Source: an uncultured Gemmatimonadales bacterium
GTDB lineage: Bacteria > Gemmatimonadota > Gemmatimonadetes > Gemmatimonadales > GWC2-71-9
Assembly: GCA_963779755.1 (NCBI GenBank)
Contig: CAVZZO010000001.1
Location: 1,596,845-1,660,844 of the forward strand
DNA length: 64,000 nucleotides
Direction: 5' to 3'
Numbering within the stretch: the first letter of the stretch is position 1; the number at the start of each line of letters is the position of its first letter. The translations under genes were made by a program, and so were the position numbers. The notes below the pieces were generated by a model, which worked only from the letters and a program-made list of their open reading frames with translations, ran no database searches and had not been told where the DNA came from. This document shows positions 54,795-63,138 of the stretch, piece by piece.

Positions 54795-55973
54795 ATGCGT
54801 CGTTCTCTGAGTGCCCTCGGCCTTCTGAGCCTGTTCCTCCTGGCCGCATGCCGCGAATCTCCCATGCCCTTGAGCCCGGGCGGGCCGGTGGCCGACGCGG
54901 CATACATCCCGCGATGCCAGCTGGGCCCGATCATGGATTTCAGCGCCCAGTATTTTGATCATGCCGATTTTGCCCGGGCGCAAGCGCTGGCGCGCGGTCA
55001 GTGGCGGGCGGTCATCCATGAAGACATCGGGCTGGCGACCAGTCGCGGCTTCGATCTCCTGGCGCTCATCGCCGATGCCCGGGATGCTGGCCGGCAGGCC
55101 GGCAGCCCGCAGGCCGGCTCCAGCCTCGCCAATGCGGTGCTGACCTGCATGGATGTAGGGCCCGTGAGCCTGCCGGTAGACTTCTCCAGCTCGCTCAGTG
55201 TCGGAGGGTTCGAGGTCCGCGGTGGCGTCGCCGATCCCACTGCCGCCGTACTCTCCGCCGACAACTTCTCCGGCGTCGGACTCAAGACCGGAACCTGGCT
55301 CGGCGTGCTGGGAACCCGGACCCTGTTCTTCGGGCTCCCTGATCTCAACACCACGTATGCGGAGTTGCTGGTGGGACAGCCGTTCACCTGGTCCACGATC
55401 CCCGCCCATCCTGCGCTCCCCCCTGGCCTGGTCGTGGGATTCTGCGTCCTCAATCCCGGAACCTTCCGGGTGGCGGAAGCTCACGCCAGCTCGCAGACGA
55501 TCCTTGACCTGGAAGATGCGGGTTTCTTCCTCGGTAATTGCAGCGCCCCCAGCCCTTCCGGTCTCACGCCCAGCCAGTTGCGGCTGGCGCTGGGCGCCAC
55601 CGCCGGGCCGGTAGGCGGGTCGGCCACCGGGTTCAGCGGCTTTGCCCCGGTCGATCCCGGCTCCATCAATCTGAGCTTTGTGCAACAGCCGTCCTCCGGC
55701 GCCGCCGGCAGCGCCATCGCCCCGCCGATTCAGGTGCTGGCCACGGGAGACGGTGCTACGCCATTCACCGGAGTGACGATCACCCTCGGGAGAGTCAACC
55801 GCGATAACCGGTTCATTGCCCTGAGTCCACCGGTTACCACCGGCAGCGACGGGCTGGCCACCTTCGCCAGCGTGGTACTCTCGCAGCCCGGCACATACAC
55901 CCTCGTGGCAGCCGGGAGTGCCCCGGGGTATGCGTCGGTCCAGATCACGTCGGGCGCGTTTAGCATCCAGTGA
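54795..55973 (+). CDS. Hypothetical lipoprotein
   Basis: Start at MRRSLSALGLLSLFLLAAC (lipobox). 392 aa. C-terminal Ig-like region is possible. Confidence 0.6.
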   Translation: MRRSLSALGLLSLFLLAACRESPMPLSPGGPVADAAYIPRCQLGPIMDFSAQYFDHADFARAQALARGQWRAVIHEDIGLATSRGFDLLALIADARDAGRQAGSPQAGSSLANAVLTCMDVGPVSLPVDFSSSLSVGGFEVRGGVADPTAAVLSADNFSGVGLKTGTWLGVLGTRTLFFGLPDLNTTYAELLVGQPFTWSTIPAHPALPPGLVVGFCVLNPGTFRVAEAHASSQTILDLEDAGFFLGNCSAPSPSGLTPSQLRLALGATAGPVGGSATGFSGFAPVDPGSINLSFVQQPSSGAAGSAIAPPIQVLATGDGATPFTGVTITLGRVNRDNRFIALSPPVTTGSDGLATFASVVLSQPGTYTLVAAGSAPGYASVQITSGAFSIQ

Positions 55974-55987
55974 GTCCGGCGGGACTT

Positions 55988-56044
55988 GAGGACTGAATGC
56001 AGCGGCTTGTTGCACGGTTGTGACAGGTCCTGTATTCAGTCCTC
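55988..56044. terminator. Hairpin GAGGACTGAAT-N35-ATTCAGTCCTC between convergent genes
   Basis: Perfect 11-bp inverted repeat. The right arm overlaps the DUF72 stop. Confidence 0.5.
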
Positions 56045-56773
56045 GACCCTTTCCACGTAGGCCCGGAGCTCTTCGGCATTCACGACGGCATGGCCGCCCA
56101 GGTCGTTATTGAAATAGGCCCAGACTTCCCGTCCGCAGTCCAATTCCGCACGAATACGTTCAGCTTCCTTCTGCAACTGGCCGGTCGGATAGCGCCCTGC
56201 GTAGAGGGCGCCGGCCCCATGATAGCGGAGGTAGAGCCAGTCGGCCGTCAGGCGCCAGGGATGGCTGGGCAGGCGATCGTGAATGCAGAGGGCGGCGCCA
56301 TGGCGTTCCAGCACGCGGAACACCCGGGAACAGAGCCAGCTCGGCTCCCGGAACTCAACCGCGCAGCGATGGTGCCGGGCCGCCAGCGAAAGGAAGCGGT
56401 CGAGCCGTGGCGGATCGGCCCTCCAGTAGGGCGGCAGCTGGATCAGGACCGGCCCCAGGTGCTCCCCCAACCGGTCGGCGCGGCGGATGAAGCGCCGCCA
56501 GCCGCCCGACCCGCCGCCCAGTTTCATCAGGTGGGTGCAGAAGCGGTTGAGCTTGAGGGCATAGCGGAAGCCGGCCGGCGCCGCGGCGCGCCACTGGTCG
56601 AAGGTCCCCGCCTGGGGCAGCCGGTAGAAGGTGTTATTGAGCTCCACGGTATCGAAGCGCTCGGTGTACCGGGCGAACCAGCGCCGCTTCGGCAGCCCCG
56701 TGGGATAGAGCCGGCCCCGCCAGTGATTGTACTGATACCCTGAGGTGCCGATGTACACGCGGCCGGCGGTCAT
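56036..56773 (-). CDS. DUF72-family protein
   Basis: Start at MTAGRVYIGTSGYQYNHWRGRLYP, a typical DUF72 N-terminus. Confidence 0.8.
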   Translation of the reverse strand: MTAGRVYIGTSGYQYNHWRGRLYPTGLPKRRWFARYTERFDTVELNNTFYRLPQAGTFDQWRAAAPAGFRYALKLNRFCTHLMKLGGGSGGWRRFIRRADRLGEHLGPVLIQLPPYWRADPPRLDRFLSLAARHHRCAVEFREPSWLCSRVFRVLERHGAALCIHDRLPSHPWRLTADWLYLRYHGAGALYAGRYPTGQLQKEAERIRAELDCGREVWAYFNNDLGGHAVVNAEELRAYVERVED

Positions 56774-57564
56774 GCTCGCTTCCGCTGGCAACCGGGACAA
56801 TACCAGGTGGTGCGGCCGCCCACGCTGGTCCGGGTCGCGGTGCCGCCGCAGCGGGGGCAGCGGTGATCGCCTTCCCGGTGCGGCAGGAGCCAGCGGCGGG
56901 GCAGCTCCGCCACCCTGCCGCCGTGGCGCGCGGCGGTGCGCAGCACCCGTCGCATGACCCGGTGCAGCCGGCGGACCTCGGGGCCGGTGAGCAATCTGAC
57001 GGCGGTGGCGGGATGAATCCCCGCCTGATAGAGAATCTCGTCGGCATAGAGATTTCCGATGCCGGCAATCCGCGACTGGTCCAGCAGTCGCGCCTTGATC
57101 GCCCCACGCGCTCCCAGGCGCCGGCGGAGGGCGCCGGCATCGAGCGCATGGTCCAGCGCATCGGGCCCCAGGTGCTGGCTCCGCACAAAATCCTCGACAC
57201 CCTCCGTCCAGCCGATGCGTCCCAGGCGGCGGGGGCACCGGTAGGCCAGGGCGTGGCCGTTACCGAATTCGAGCAGCAATCCGGTATGAGGAGGGATGTC
57301 CTCCTGCGCACGATCGTAGTAGCGCAGCGTGCCCGTCATTCCGAAGTGCAGCGTCAGCCAGCCCTTGCCGCTCCGGGCGAAGAGATGTTTGCCGTGCCGG
57401 CGAGTCGCGGTGAGCTGCTCGTGGGCCAGGCGGCGCGACAGCGCCGCGGCCGAGATGCCGCGCAGCAGCCGGCGGTCTCGCACCCGGGTATGGGCGATCG
57501 GTTGTCGCAGCGCGTGCCGCTGCAGGTAACGGCGGCAGGCCGCGACGTCGGGCAGTTCCGGCAC
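56770..57564 (-). CDS. Fpg/Nei-family DNA glycosylase/AP lyase
   Basis: GTG start followed by PELPDV (N-terminal catalytic Pro). H2TH region. C-terminal zinc finger CPRCGG...CPGCQ. 4-nt overlap with DUF72. Confidence 0.85.
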   Translation of the reverse strand: MPELPDVAACRRYLQRHALRQPIAHTRVRDRRLLRGISAAALSRRLAHEQLTATRRHGKHLFARSGKGWLTLHFGMTGTLRYYDRAQEDIPPHTGLLLEFGNGHALAYRCPRRLGRIGWTEGVEDFVRSQHLGPDALDHALDAGALRRRLGARGAIKARLLDQSRIAGIGNLYADEILYQAGIHPATAVRLLTGPEVRRLHRVMRRVLRTAARHGGRVAELPRRWLLPHREGDHRCPRCGGTATRTSVGGRTTWYCPGCQRKRA

Positions 57565-57620
57565 CTCCGGCTCCTCGAGACGCGACCATGCTTGATGTCG
57601 TTGTCGGCCAGGCCCCTACC

Positions 57621-57634
57621 GTGACATCGGTCAC
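57621..57634. promoter_or_regulatory. Palindrome GTGAC-ATCG-GTCAC in the divergent repair-gene promoter region
   Basis: Read directly from the sequence. Same half-site spacing as the GAAC-N4-GTTC SOS boxes of Gram-positive bacteria. Function unknown. Confidence 0.25.
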
Positions 57635-57668
57635 CGTGTAGGTTCATGGCTCCACGCTAGTGTGCCCT

Positions 57669-58301
57669 ATGGCTCGATCCGATGCTCTGCAGCGCTATCG
57701 GCGCAAACGGGATTTCCACCGCACGCCGGAACCTGCCGGCGGCCACCAGGGCGGCGGGACAGGCTCGCCGCGATTCGTCATCCAGAAACACGACGCCTCA
57801 CGCCTGCATTATGACTTCCGCCTTGAAGCCGGCGGGGTGCTCAAGTCGTGGGCGGTACCCAAGGGCCCCTCGACCGATCCGCGGGAGAAGCGGCTGGCCG
57901 TGCAGGTGGAGGATCACCCCCTGGATTATGCCGACTTCGAAGGCACCATTCCCGAGGGATCCTACGGCGCGGGAACCGTCATCGTATGGGACGCAGGCAC
58001 CTACCGGAATCTGACCCGGGACGATGAAGGCCGGGAGATCCCTCTGGCGCGCGCGCTGCAACAGGGAACGGCCGAGGTCTGGCTCGAGGGCGAGAAGCTG
58101 CGGGGCGGCTATGCGCTGGTGCACAGCCGGATGGGAGGCAAGCGGGAGAACTGGCTGCTGATCAAGATGCGCGACGACGCAGCCGACGCGCGACGCAATC
58201 CGGTCAGCACGCAGCCGAAGAGCGTCAGAACGGGGCGGACGATCGCCCAGGTCCGGGCCGCCGCCGGCTCCAGAGGGGAGCCCTCCCACGGCCGCCGATG
58301 A
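57669..58301 (+). CDS. LigD 3'-phosphoesterase (PE) domain protein, stand-alone
   Basis: Contains RFVIQKHDASRLHYDFRLE, LKSWAVPKGPS, VEDHPLDY and GAGTVIVWD. Alternative GTG start at 57660. Confidence 0.85.
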   Translation: MARSDALQRYRRKRDFHRTPEPAGGHQGGGTGSPRFVIQKHDASRLHYDFRLEAGGVLKSWAVPKGPSTDPREKRLAVQVEDHPLDYADFEGTIPEGSYGAGTVIVWDAGTYRNLTRDDEGREIPLARALQQGTAEVWLEGEKLRGGYALVHSRMGGKRENWLLIKMRDDAADARRNPVSTQPKSVRTGRTIAQVRAAAGSRGEPSHGRR

Positions 58302-58374
58302 CTGGACGTCGCGGCTTCCGTCGGGCCAGCGGGATCTGCTGCGGCGGGCTCCCCTGCCGTCCTGGACCGAGCCC

Positions 58375-59322
58375 ATGCTGGCGACCCTCACCGACGAGCG
58401 GTTCAGCAGCCCGGACTGGGTCTTCGAGCGCAAGCTGGACGGCATCCGCTGCCTGGCCTTCCGGTCCTCCCGGGGCGTGCGGCTCCTCTCCCGCCGGAGG
58501 CAGGCGATGAACGCGACCTGGCCCGAACTGGTGGACGCGCTGGAGGCGCAGGACGGCGCCTTCCTGGCCGACGGCGAGATCGTCGCCTTCGCCGGGGGCC
58601 AGACCAGTTTCGCGCGGCTGCAGCAGCGCATGGGGCTGCACGATGCGGCCGCCGCGCGGCACAGCGGCGTGGCGGTCTTCCTGTACCTGTTCGATCTGCT
58701 GCATCTCAACGGCTACGATCTGACCGCACTCCCGCTGCGCAGGCGCAAACAGATCCTGAAACGGGCGCTGCGGTTCCGGGACCCATTGCGCTACACCACG
58801 CACCGGAATCGCGAGGGGGAGCGGCTGCTCAGCGCGGCCTGCCGGCGGGGATGGGAAGGCCTGATCGCCAAACGCGCCGATGCTCCATACCGGCACCGAC
58901 GCTCCCGCGACTGGCTCAAGTTCAAGTGCGGCCGCCGGCAGGAACTGGTGGTCGGCGGCTACACCGATCCGCGCGGCGCCCGCATCGGGTTCGGCGCGCT
59001 GCTCCTGGGCTATTACGAAGGGGGGCGGCTTCGCTACGCGGGCAAGGTCGGCACCGGCTGGGATGACGCGGCCCTCCGGCAGCTGGCGGCGCGCCTGGAA
59101 CGGCTGGAGCGTGAGTCTGCCCCGTTCGAGCCGGCCCCGCGCGAACCGGGCGTTCACTGGGTGACACCGCGCCTGGTGGCGGAAATCGGATTCACCGAGT
59201 GGACCGCTGATGGCAAGCTCCGCCATCCGCGGTTCCTGGGCCTGCGGAGCGACAAGACGGCGCGCGAGGTGCGGCGCGAGCGCCCCGATCCCCGTCCGCG
59301 ATCCTCCGAGGAGACGGCATGA
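58375..59322 (+). CDS. ligD: ATP-dependent DNA ligase (LigD ligase domain), stand-alone
   Basis: PMLATL N-terminus. Adenylation motif ERKLDGIRC. Contains EGLIAKR and WLKFK. Confidence 0.88.
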   Translation: MLATLTDERFSSPDWVFERKLDGIRCLAFRSSRGVRLLSRRRQAMNATWPELVDALEAQDGAFLADGEIVAFAGGQTSFARLQQRMGLHDAAAARHSGVAVFLYLFDLLHLNGYDLTALPLRRRKQILKRALRFRDPLRYTTHRNREGERLLSAACRRGWEGLIAKRADAPYRHRRSRDWLKFKCGRRQELVVGGYTDPRGARIGFGALLLGYYEGGRLRYAGKVGTGWDDAALRQLAARLERLERESAPFEPAPREPGVHWVTPRLVAEIGFTEWTADGKLRHPRFLGLRSDKTAREVRRERPDPRPRSSEETA

Positions 59323-60227
59323 CCAGGCGGACGTTCGGTCAGTATCAGTTCGAGAGTACGCATGAAGACCGGGTGCTGTTCCCCGACTGCGGCATCACCA
59401 AGGGCGCGCTGATCGACTACTACTCGCGGATCGCGTCAACCATGGTGCCCCACCTGCGCGACCGCCCGCTCACCATGCACCGGTTCCCCGATGGGCTGGA
59501 AGGCGAGGACTTCTTCCAGAAGACGGCGCCCGACTATTTCCCGGACTGGGTCGCCCGGGTCCGGGTGGAGACGGCCGAGGGCGTACAGGACCAGGTACTC
59601 TGTCAGAACGCCGCCACCCTGGCCTACCTGGCCCAGCAGGGCTGCATCACGCCGCATGTGTGGCTCAGCCGGCGCGACCGGCTGGACTGTCCCGACCAGA
59701 TGGTGATCGACCTCGATCCCCCGGACGACGATTTCGAGCTGGTGCGCCGCGCCGCGTTCCGCTATCGCGAGCTGCTGGACGAGCTGAAGCTGCCGTCCTG
59801 CGTCAAGACCACCGGCTCGCGCGGCATCCACGTGCTGGTGCCGCTCGACCGCCGCAGCGGATTCGACGAGGTCCGGGCCTTTGCCCGCCGCATGGCGGAC
59901 ATCCTGGCGGCGCGCTTTCCCGAGGAGCTGACGACGGAGCAGCGCAAGAACAAGCGCGCGGGTCGGCTCTATCTCGATACCGGCCGCAACGCCTACGGGC
60001 AGACCGCGGTGGCCCCCTATGCCGTGCGGCCCCTGCCGCAGGCGCCGGTGGCCACCCCCATCACCTGGGACGAGTTGGGCCAGCACGACCTGCATTCCCG
60101 CACCTATACCATCAGGAACATTTTCCGTCGCCTGGGCCAGCGTGGCGATCCCTGGGGCGCCATCCGGCGGCACGGACGTTCGCTCTCCGCCGCGCGCCAT
60201 CGGCTGGACCAGCTGCTGGTCCGGTGA
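59319..60227 (+). CDS. LigD polymerase/primase (AEP) domain protein, stand-alone
   Basis: ATGA overlap with the ligase. Contains VIDLDP and KTTGSRGIHV. Confidence 0.85.
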   Translation: MTRRTFGQYQFESTHEDRVLFPDCGITKGALIDYYSRIASTMVPHLRDRPLTMHRFPDGLEGEDFFQKTAPDYFPDWVARVRVETAEGVQDQVLCQNAATLAYLAQQGCITPHVWLSRRDRLDCPDQMVIDLDPPDDDFELVRRAAFRYRELLDELKLPSCVKTTGSRGIHVLVPLDRRSGFDEVRAFARRMADILAARFPEELTTEQRKNKRAGRLYLDTGRNAYGQTAVAPYAVRPLPQAPVATPITWDELGQHDLHSRTYTIRNIFRRLGQRGDPWGAIRRHGRSLSAARHRLDQLLVR

Positions 60228-60958
60228 CCGTCCCCGATCGCACCGCCGTCGTTACCGGCGCGACCCGCGGCCTGGGCCGGGCCCTCGCCCTGGCCTTCGC
60301 CCGGCGGCGCTACGTGGTGTACGGTACCGCCCGGCACGAAGACGCCCTGCGGGAGCTGGCCGCGGGCGCCGCCGATCTGGGCCTGGACCTCCGGGTGCTG
60401 GCCGGCGATGTGTCGCAACCGGAGGATAATGCCCGGCTGGCCCAGCGCCTGCGGGAGGACGAGCGCCGGGTGGACGTGCTGGTGCACTGTGCCGGACTGC
60501 TGGGCGAGCGCGTGGAGCTGGCGGCGTATCCGCCCGAGATCTGGAACCGGGTGCTGGCCGTGAATCTGACCGGCCCGTTCGATCTCACCCGCCAGCTGGT
60601 GCCGCTGCTGCACCGCCGCAGCGTGGTGCAATTCGTCACCAGCGGGGTCAGCCTGACCGCCCGCGAGCGGTGGGGCGCGTACAACGTCTCCAAGATCGCC
60701 CTCGACGGGCTGGCCCGGATCTGGGCCCGGGAACTGGAAGCGAGCGGCGTGCGGGTCTTTCTCATCGATCCGGGCCGGATGCGCACCGGGATGCGCGCGG
60801 CCGCCTATCCCGAGGAAGACCCGGCGCGTGTGCCCCTGCCCGAAGAGAAAACCGGCATCTTTCTCCGCCTGGTGGAGGAAGGTACCCTGGCCCAGACGGG
60901 CCAGCGCTTCGAAGCGGGGCAGGAGGTCCATCCCGGGAGCGGTGCGCCGCCGGGGTAG
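60224..60958 (+). CDS. Short-chain dehydrogenase/reductase
   Basis: GTGA overlap with the polymerase gene. VVTGATRGLGRA, and YNVSKIA (YxxxK). Confidence 0.8.
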   Translation: MTVPDRTAVVTGATRGLGRALALAFARRRYVVYGTARHEDALRELAAGAADLGLDLRVLAGDVSQPEDNARLAQRLREDERRVDVLVHCAGLLGERVELAAYPPEIWNRVLAVNLTGPFDLTRQLVPLLHRRSVVQFVTSGVSLTARERWGAYNVSKIALDGLARIWARELEASGVRVFLIDPGRMRTGMRAAAYPEEDPARVPLPEEKTGIFLRLVEEGTLAQTGQRFEAGQEVHPGSGAPPG

Positions 60959-61032
60959 AGCGCTCCCGCACCGTCGGTTAGATTGCAGGACCAACGGGAC
61001 CTCACGACTCAGCCAACGTTCGAGGTGCGATC

Positions 61033-62049
61033 ATGACGGAGCTTGCCGCCACCGCCCGCGCGCTCGTCGCCGCCGGCAAGGGCATCCTCGCCGCCGATGA
61101 AAGTTTCGGGACCATCGAAAAACGCTTCACCAGCATCGGCCTGCCCAGCACGGAAGAAAACCGGCGGGCCTACCGCGACGTGCTGTTCACCACCCCCGGC
61201 ATCGAGCAATACATCAGCGGCGTCATTCTGTTCGACGAAACCATCCGCCAGCACAGCGCCGACGGAACCCGTTTTGTCGAGGTGCTCGACTCGGCCGGCA
61301 TCATTCCCGGCATCAAGGTCGACAGCGGCGCCAAGCCGCTGGCCGGGTTTCCGGGTGAAAAGATCACCGAGGGGCTCGACGGCCTGCGCCAGCGGCTGGA
61401 GGAGTACCGGGACCTCGGCGCTCGGTTCGCCAAGTGGCGTGCCGTCATCAGCATCGACGAGGGACTGCCCACCCGCTTCGCGCTCGATGCCAACGCCCAC
61501 GCCCTGGCCCGCTATGCGGCGCTTTGCCAGGAGGCGGGCCTGGTTCCCATCGTCGAGCCGGAAGTGCTGATGGACGGCAGCCATTCGATCGAGCGCTGCG
61601 AACAGGTCACCGAGGCCACCCTCAAGACCACCTTCGCCCATCTCTTCGGCCATCGGGTGGTGCTGGAGGAGATGCTGCTCAAGCCCAACATGGTCATCTC
61701 CGGCAAGGGCGCCTCGCCGCGCGCCGGCGTCGAAGAAGTAGCCGCGGCGACGGTCCGCTGCCTGCGCCGCTCGGTGCCGGCCGCAGTGCCCGGTATCGTC
61801 TTTCTCTCCGGCGGCCAGAGCCCCGAAGAGGCCACCGCGCACCTCAATGCCATGAACGCGCTGGGCCCGCTGCCCTGGGAGCTGAGCTTCAGCTACGGCC
61901 GCGCCCTGCAGGATGCCGCGCTCAAGACCTGGTCCGGCCAGCAGGCCAACGTTTCCCAGGCCCAGGATGCCTACCTCCACCGCTCTCGCCTGTGCAGCGC
62001 CGCCCGCAGCGGCGATTACAGCGAAGAGATGGAGCTTCAGCCCGTCTAG
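61033..62049 (+). CDS. fba: Class I fructose-bisphosphate aldolase
   Basis: GKGILAADESFGTIEKRF and LLKPNMV (Schiff-base Lys region). Confidence 0.9.
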   Translation: MTELAATARALVAAGKGILAADESFGTIEKRFTSIGLPSTEENRRAYRDVLFTTPGIEQYISGVILFDETIRQHSADGTRFVEVLDSAGIIPGIKVDSGAKPLAGFPGEKITEGLDGLRQRLEEYRDLGARFAKWRAVISIDEGLPTRFALDANAHALARYAALCQEAGLVPIVEPEVLMDGSHSIERCEQVTEATLKTTFAHLFGHRVVLEEMLLKPNMVISGKGASPRAGVEEVAAATVRCLRRSVPAAVPGIVFLSGGQSPEEATAHLNAMNALGPLPWELSFSYGRALQDAALKTWSGQQANVSQAQDAYLHRSRLCSAARSGDYSEEMELQPV

Positions 62050-62090
62050 GCCATGACCACAGCGAAAGAAAAAGAGAAATGAACCTTTCT

Positions 62091-62633
62091 CTATCCTTTC
62101 CGCCGTATCAGGCCTGAACGCAGAATAGAGTCGACCGGGGGCAGGGCCTGGCGGGCCGCATCGGGCAAGCCGTCTCCCGGTCCGACCGGCACGGCGCCGG
62201 CGCCCCCGTCCCCCACCACGATCCGCCCGACCATGCCGGCCGCTTCGTGCGGGCGGCAGAAGTAGTCGTACACGCCGGGCCGCGTCAGGGTTACCTCGAA
62301 ACTCGCTCCCGGATTGATCAGATACCCCGAGTCCCATGGCTCCGTGCCCGGGGGGATGCGCAGCGGATGGTGGTCATTCCGGGGGTGATAGGCGGTGGTC
62401 GTGTGGACATTCTGCCGCACTACCCAGCGTACCGTAGTGCCGGGTCGTATCCGCAGCCCGAGCGGGTCGAACCAGACGGTGCTCCCCTCGTCATCACTCC
62501 GCATCTCTACCAGCGCGATGGACAGGTACGGACGCAGCACCGGCAGCCAGCGGCCTGCGAGAACGAGGCCGCCGGCTGCCAGGAACTGCCGCCGGGTGAG
62601 CGCCCCGACGCTACTTGAGCTTCGCGGCTTCAT
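62091..62633 (-). CDS. Tat-exported cupredoxin (plastocyanin/pseudoazurin-like blue copper protein)
   Basis: Start at MKPRSSS with TRRQFL twin-arginine motif. Copper ligand motif YFCRPHEAAGM. 23-nt overlap with the upstream gene. Confidence 0.75.
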   Translation of the reverse strand: MKPRSSSSVGALTRRQFLAAGGLVLAGRWLPVLRPYLSIALVEMRSDDEGSTVWFDPLGLRIRPGTTVRWVVRQNVHTTTAYHPRNDHHPLRIPPGTEPWDSGYLINPGASFEVTLTRPGVYDYFCRPHEAAGMVGRIVVGDGGAGAVPVGPGDGLPDAARQALPPVDSILRSGLIRRKG

Positions 62634-63024
62634 CCGCCGAGATATACCACACCACGAAGTGATAGTGCGGCTCCGCGACACCGGGGTGCCCGGCATTGAA
62701 GTAGACGTCCACATGGTCCGCTTGCTGGTGCGCCACGGCCAGGTCCCTGAAGTCCTTGTGGCCGTTCATCGCCGAGAGCGGGATCATGTAAATACTGCTC
62801 ACCAGATGTCCCTGGTGGTCATAGGCCAGAAAGGGCCCGGCAGGCAGCGTCGCCGGGTCCACGTACAACGTGCCCATGCCCGGCAGGAAATCGGGCAACG
62901 CCACCAGGCTGCTCGCCGGCTTGTAGGGGGCCGGAGGCGGCGCCTGTTCCTGGGCGCTGAGGGAGGGTGCCACGAGGGCAATAATAAGTCCGGTGAGGAC
63001 GGGGAGCAGCAGACGGCGCTTCAT
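62611..63024 (-). CDS. Secreted His-rich hypothetical protein
   Basis: Signal peptide ending in SLSAQEQ. Contains HQGH, HKDF, HQQADH and HPGVAEPHYHF. Confidence 0.6.
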   Translation of the reverse strand: MKRRLLLPVLTGLIIALVAPSLSAQEQAPPPAPYKPASSLVALPDFLPGMGTLYVDPATLPAGPFLAYDHQGHLVSSIYMIPLSAMNGHKDFRDLAVAHQQADHVDVYFNAGHPGVAEPHYHFVVWYISADEAAKLK

Positions 63025-63089
63025 GGGGACCTCCAGCAGTTCAGGGTCAGCTTCCTGTCCAATGAGGGCTCGTTTGGTATGAATATGCT

Positions 63090-63126
63090 AGTTAAGATAC
63101 TTTAGCAAGTCAGAACTATCTTAACT
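63090..63126. promoter_or_regulatory. Perfect 10-bp inverted repeat AGTTAAGATA-N17-TATCTTAACT (candidate operator) in a low-GC divergent promoter region
   Basis: Read directly from the sequence. Lies between the 63024 (minus) and 63139 (plus) start codons. Confidence 0.5.
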
Positions 63127-63138
63127 CAGAGGTAACCT

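Noticed and set aside
56036-60958. Ku gene expected next to LigD
   Set aside because: No ORF in or around the repair cluster has a Ku-like sequence. I report the absence rather than force a call.
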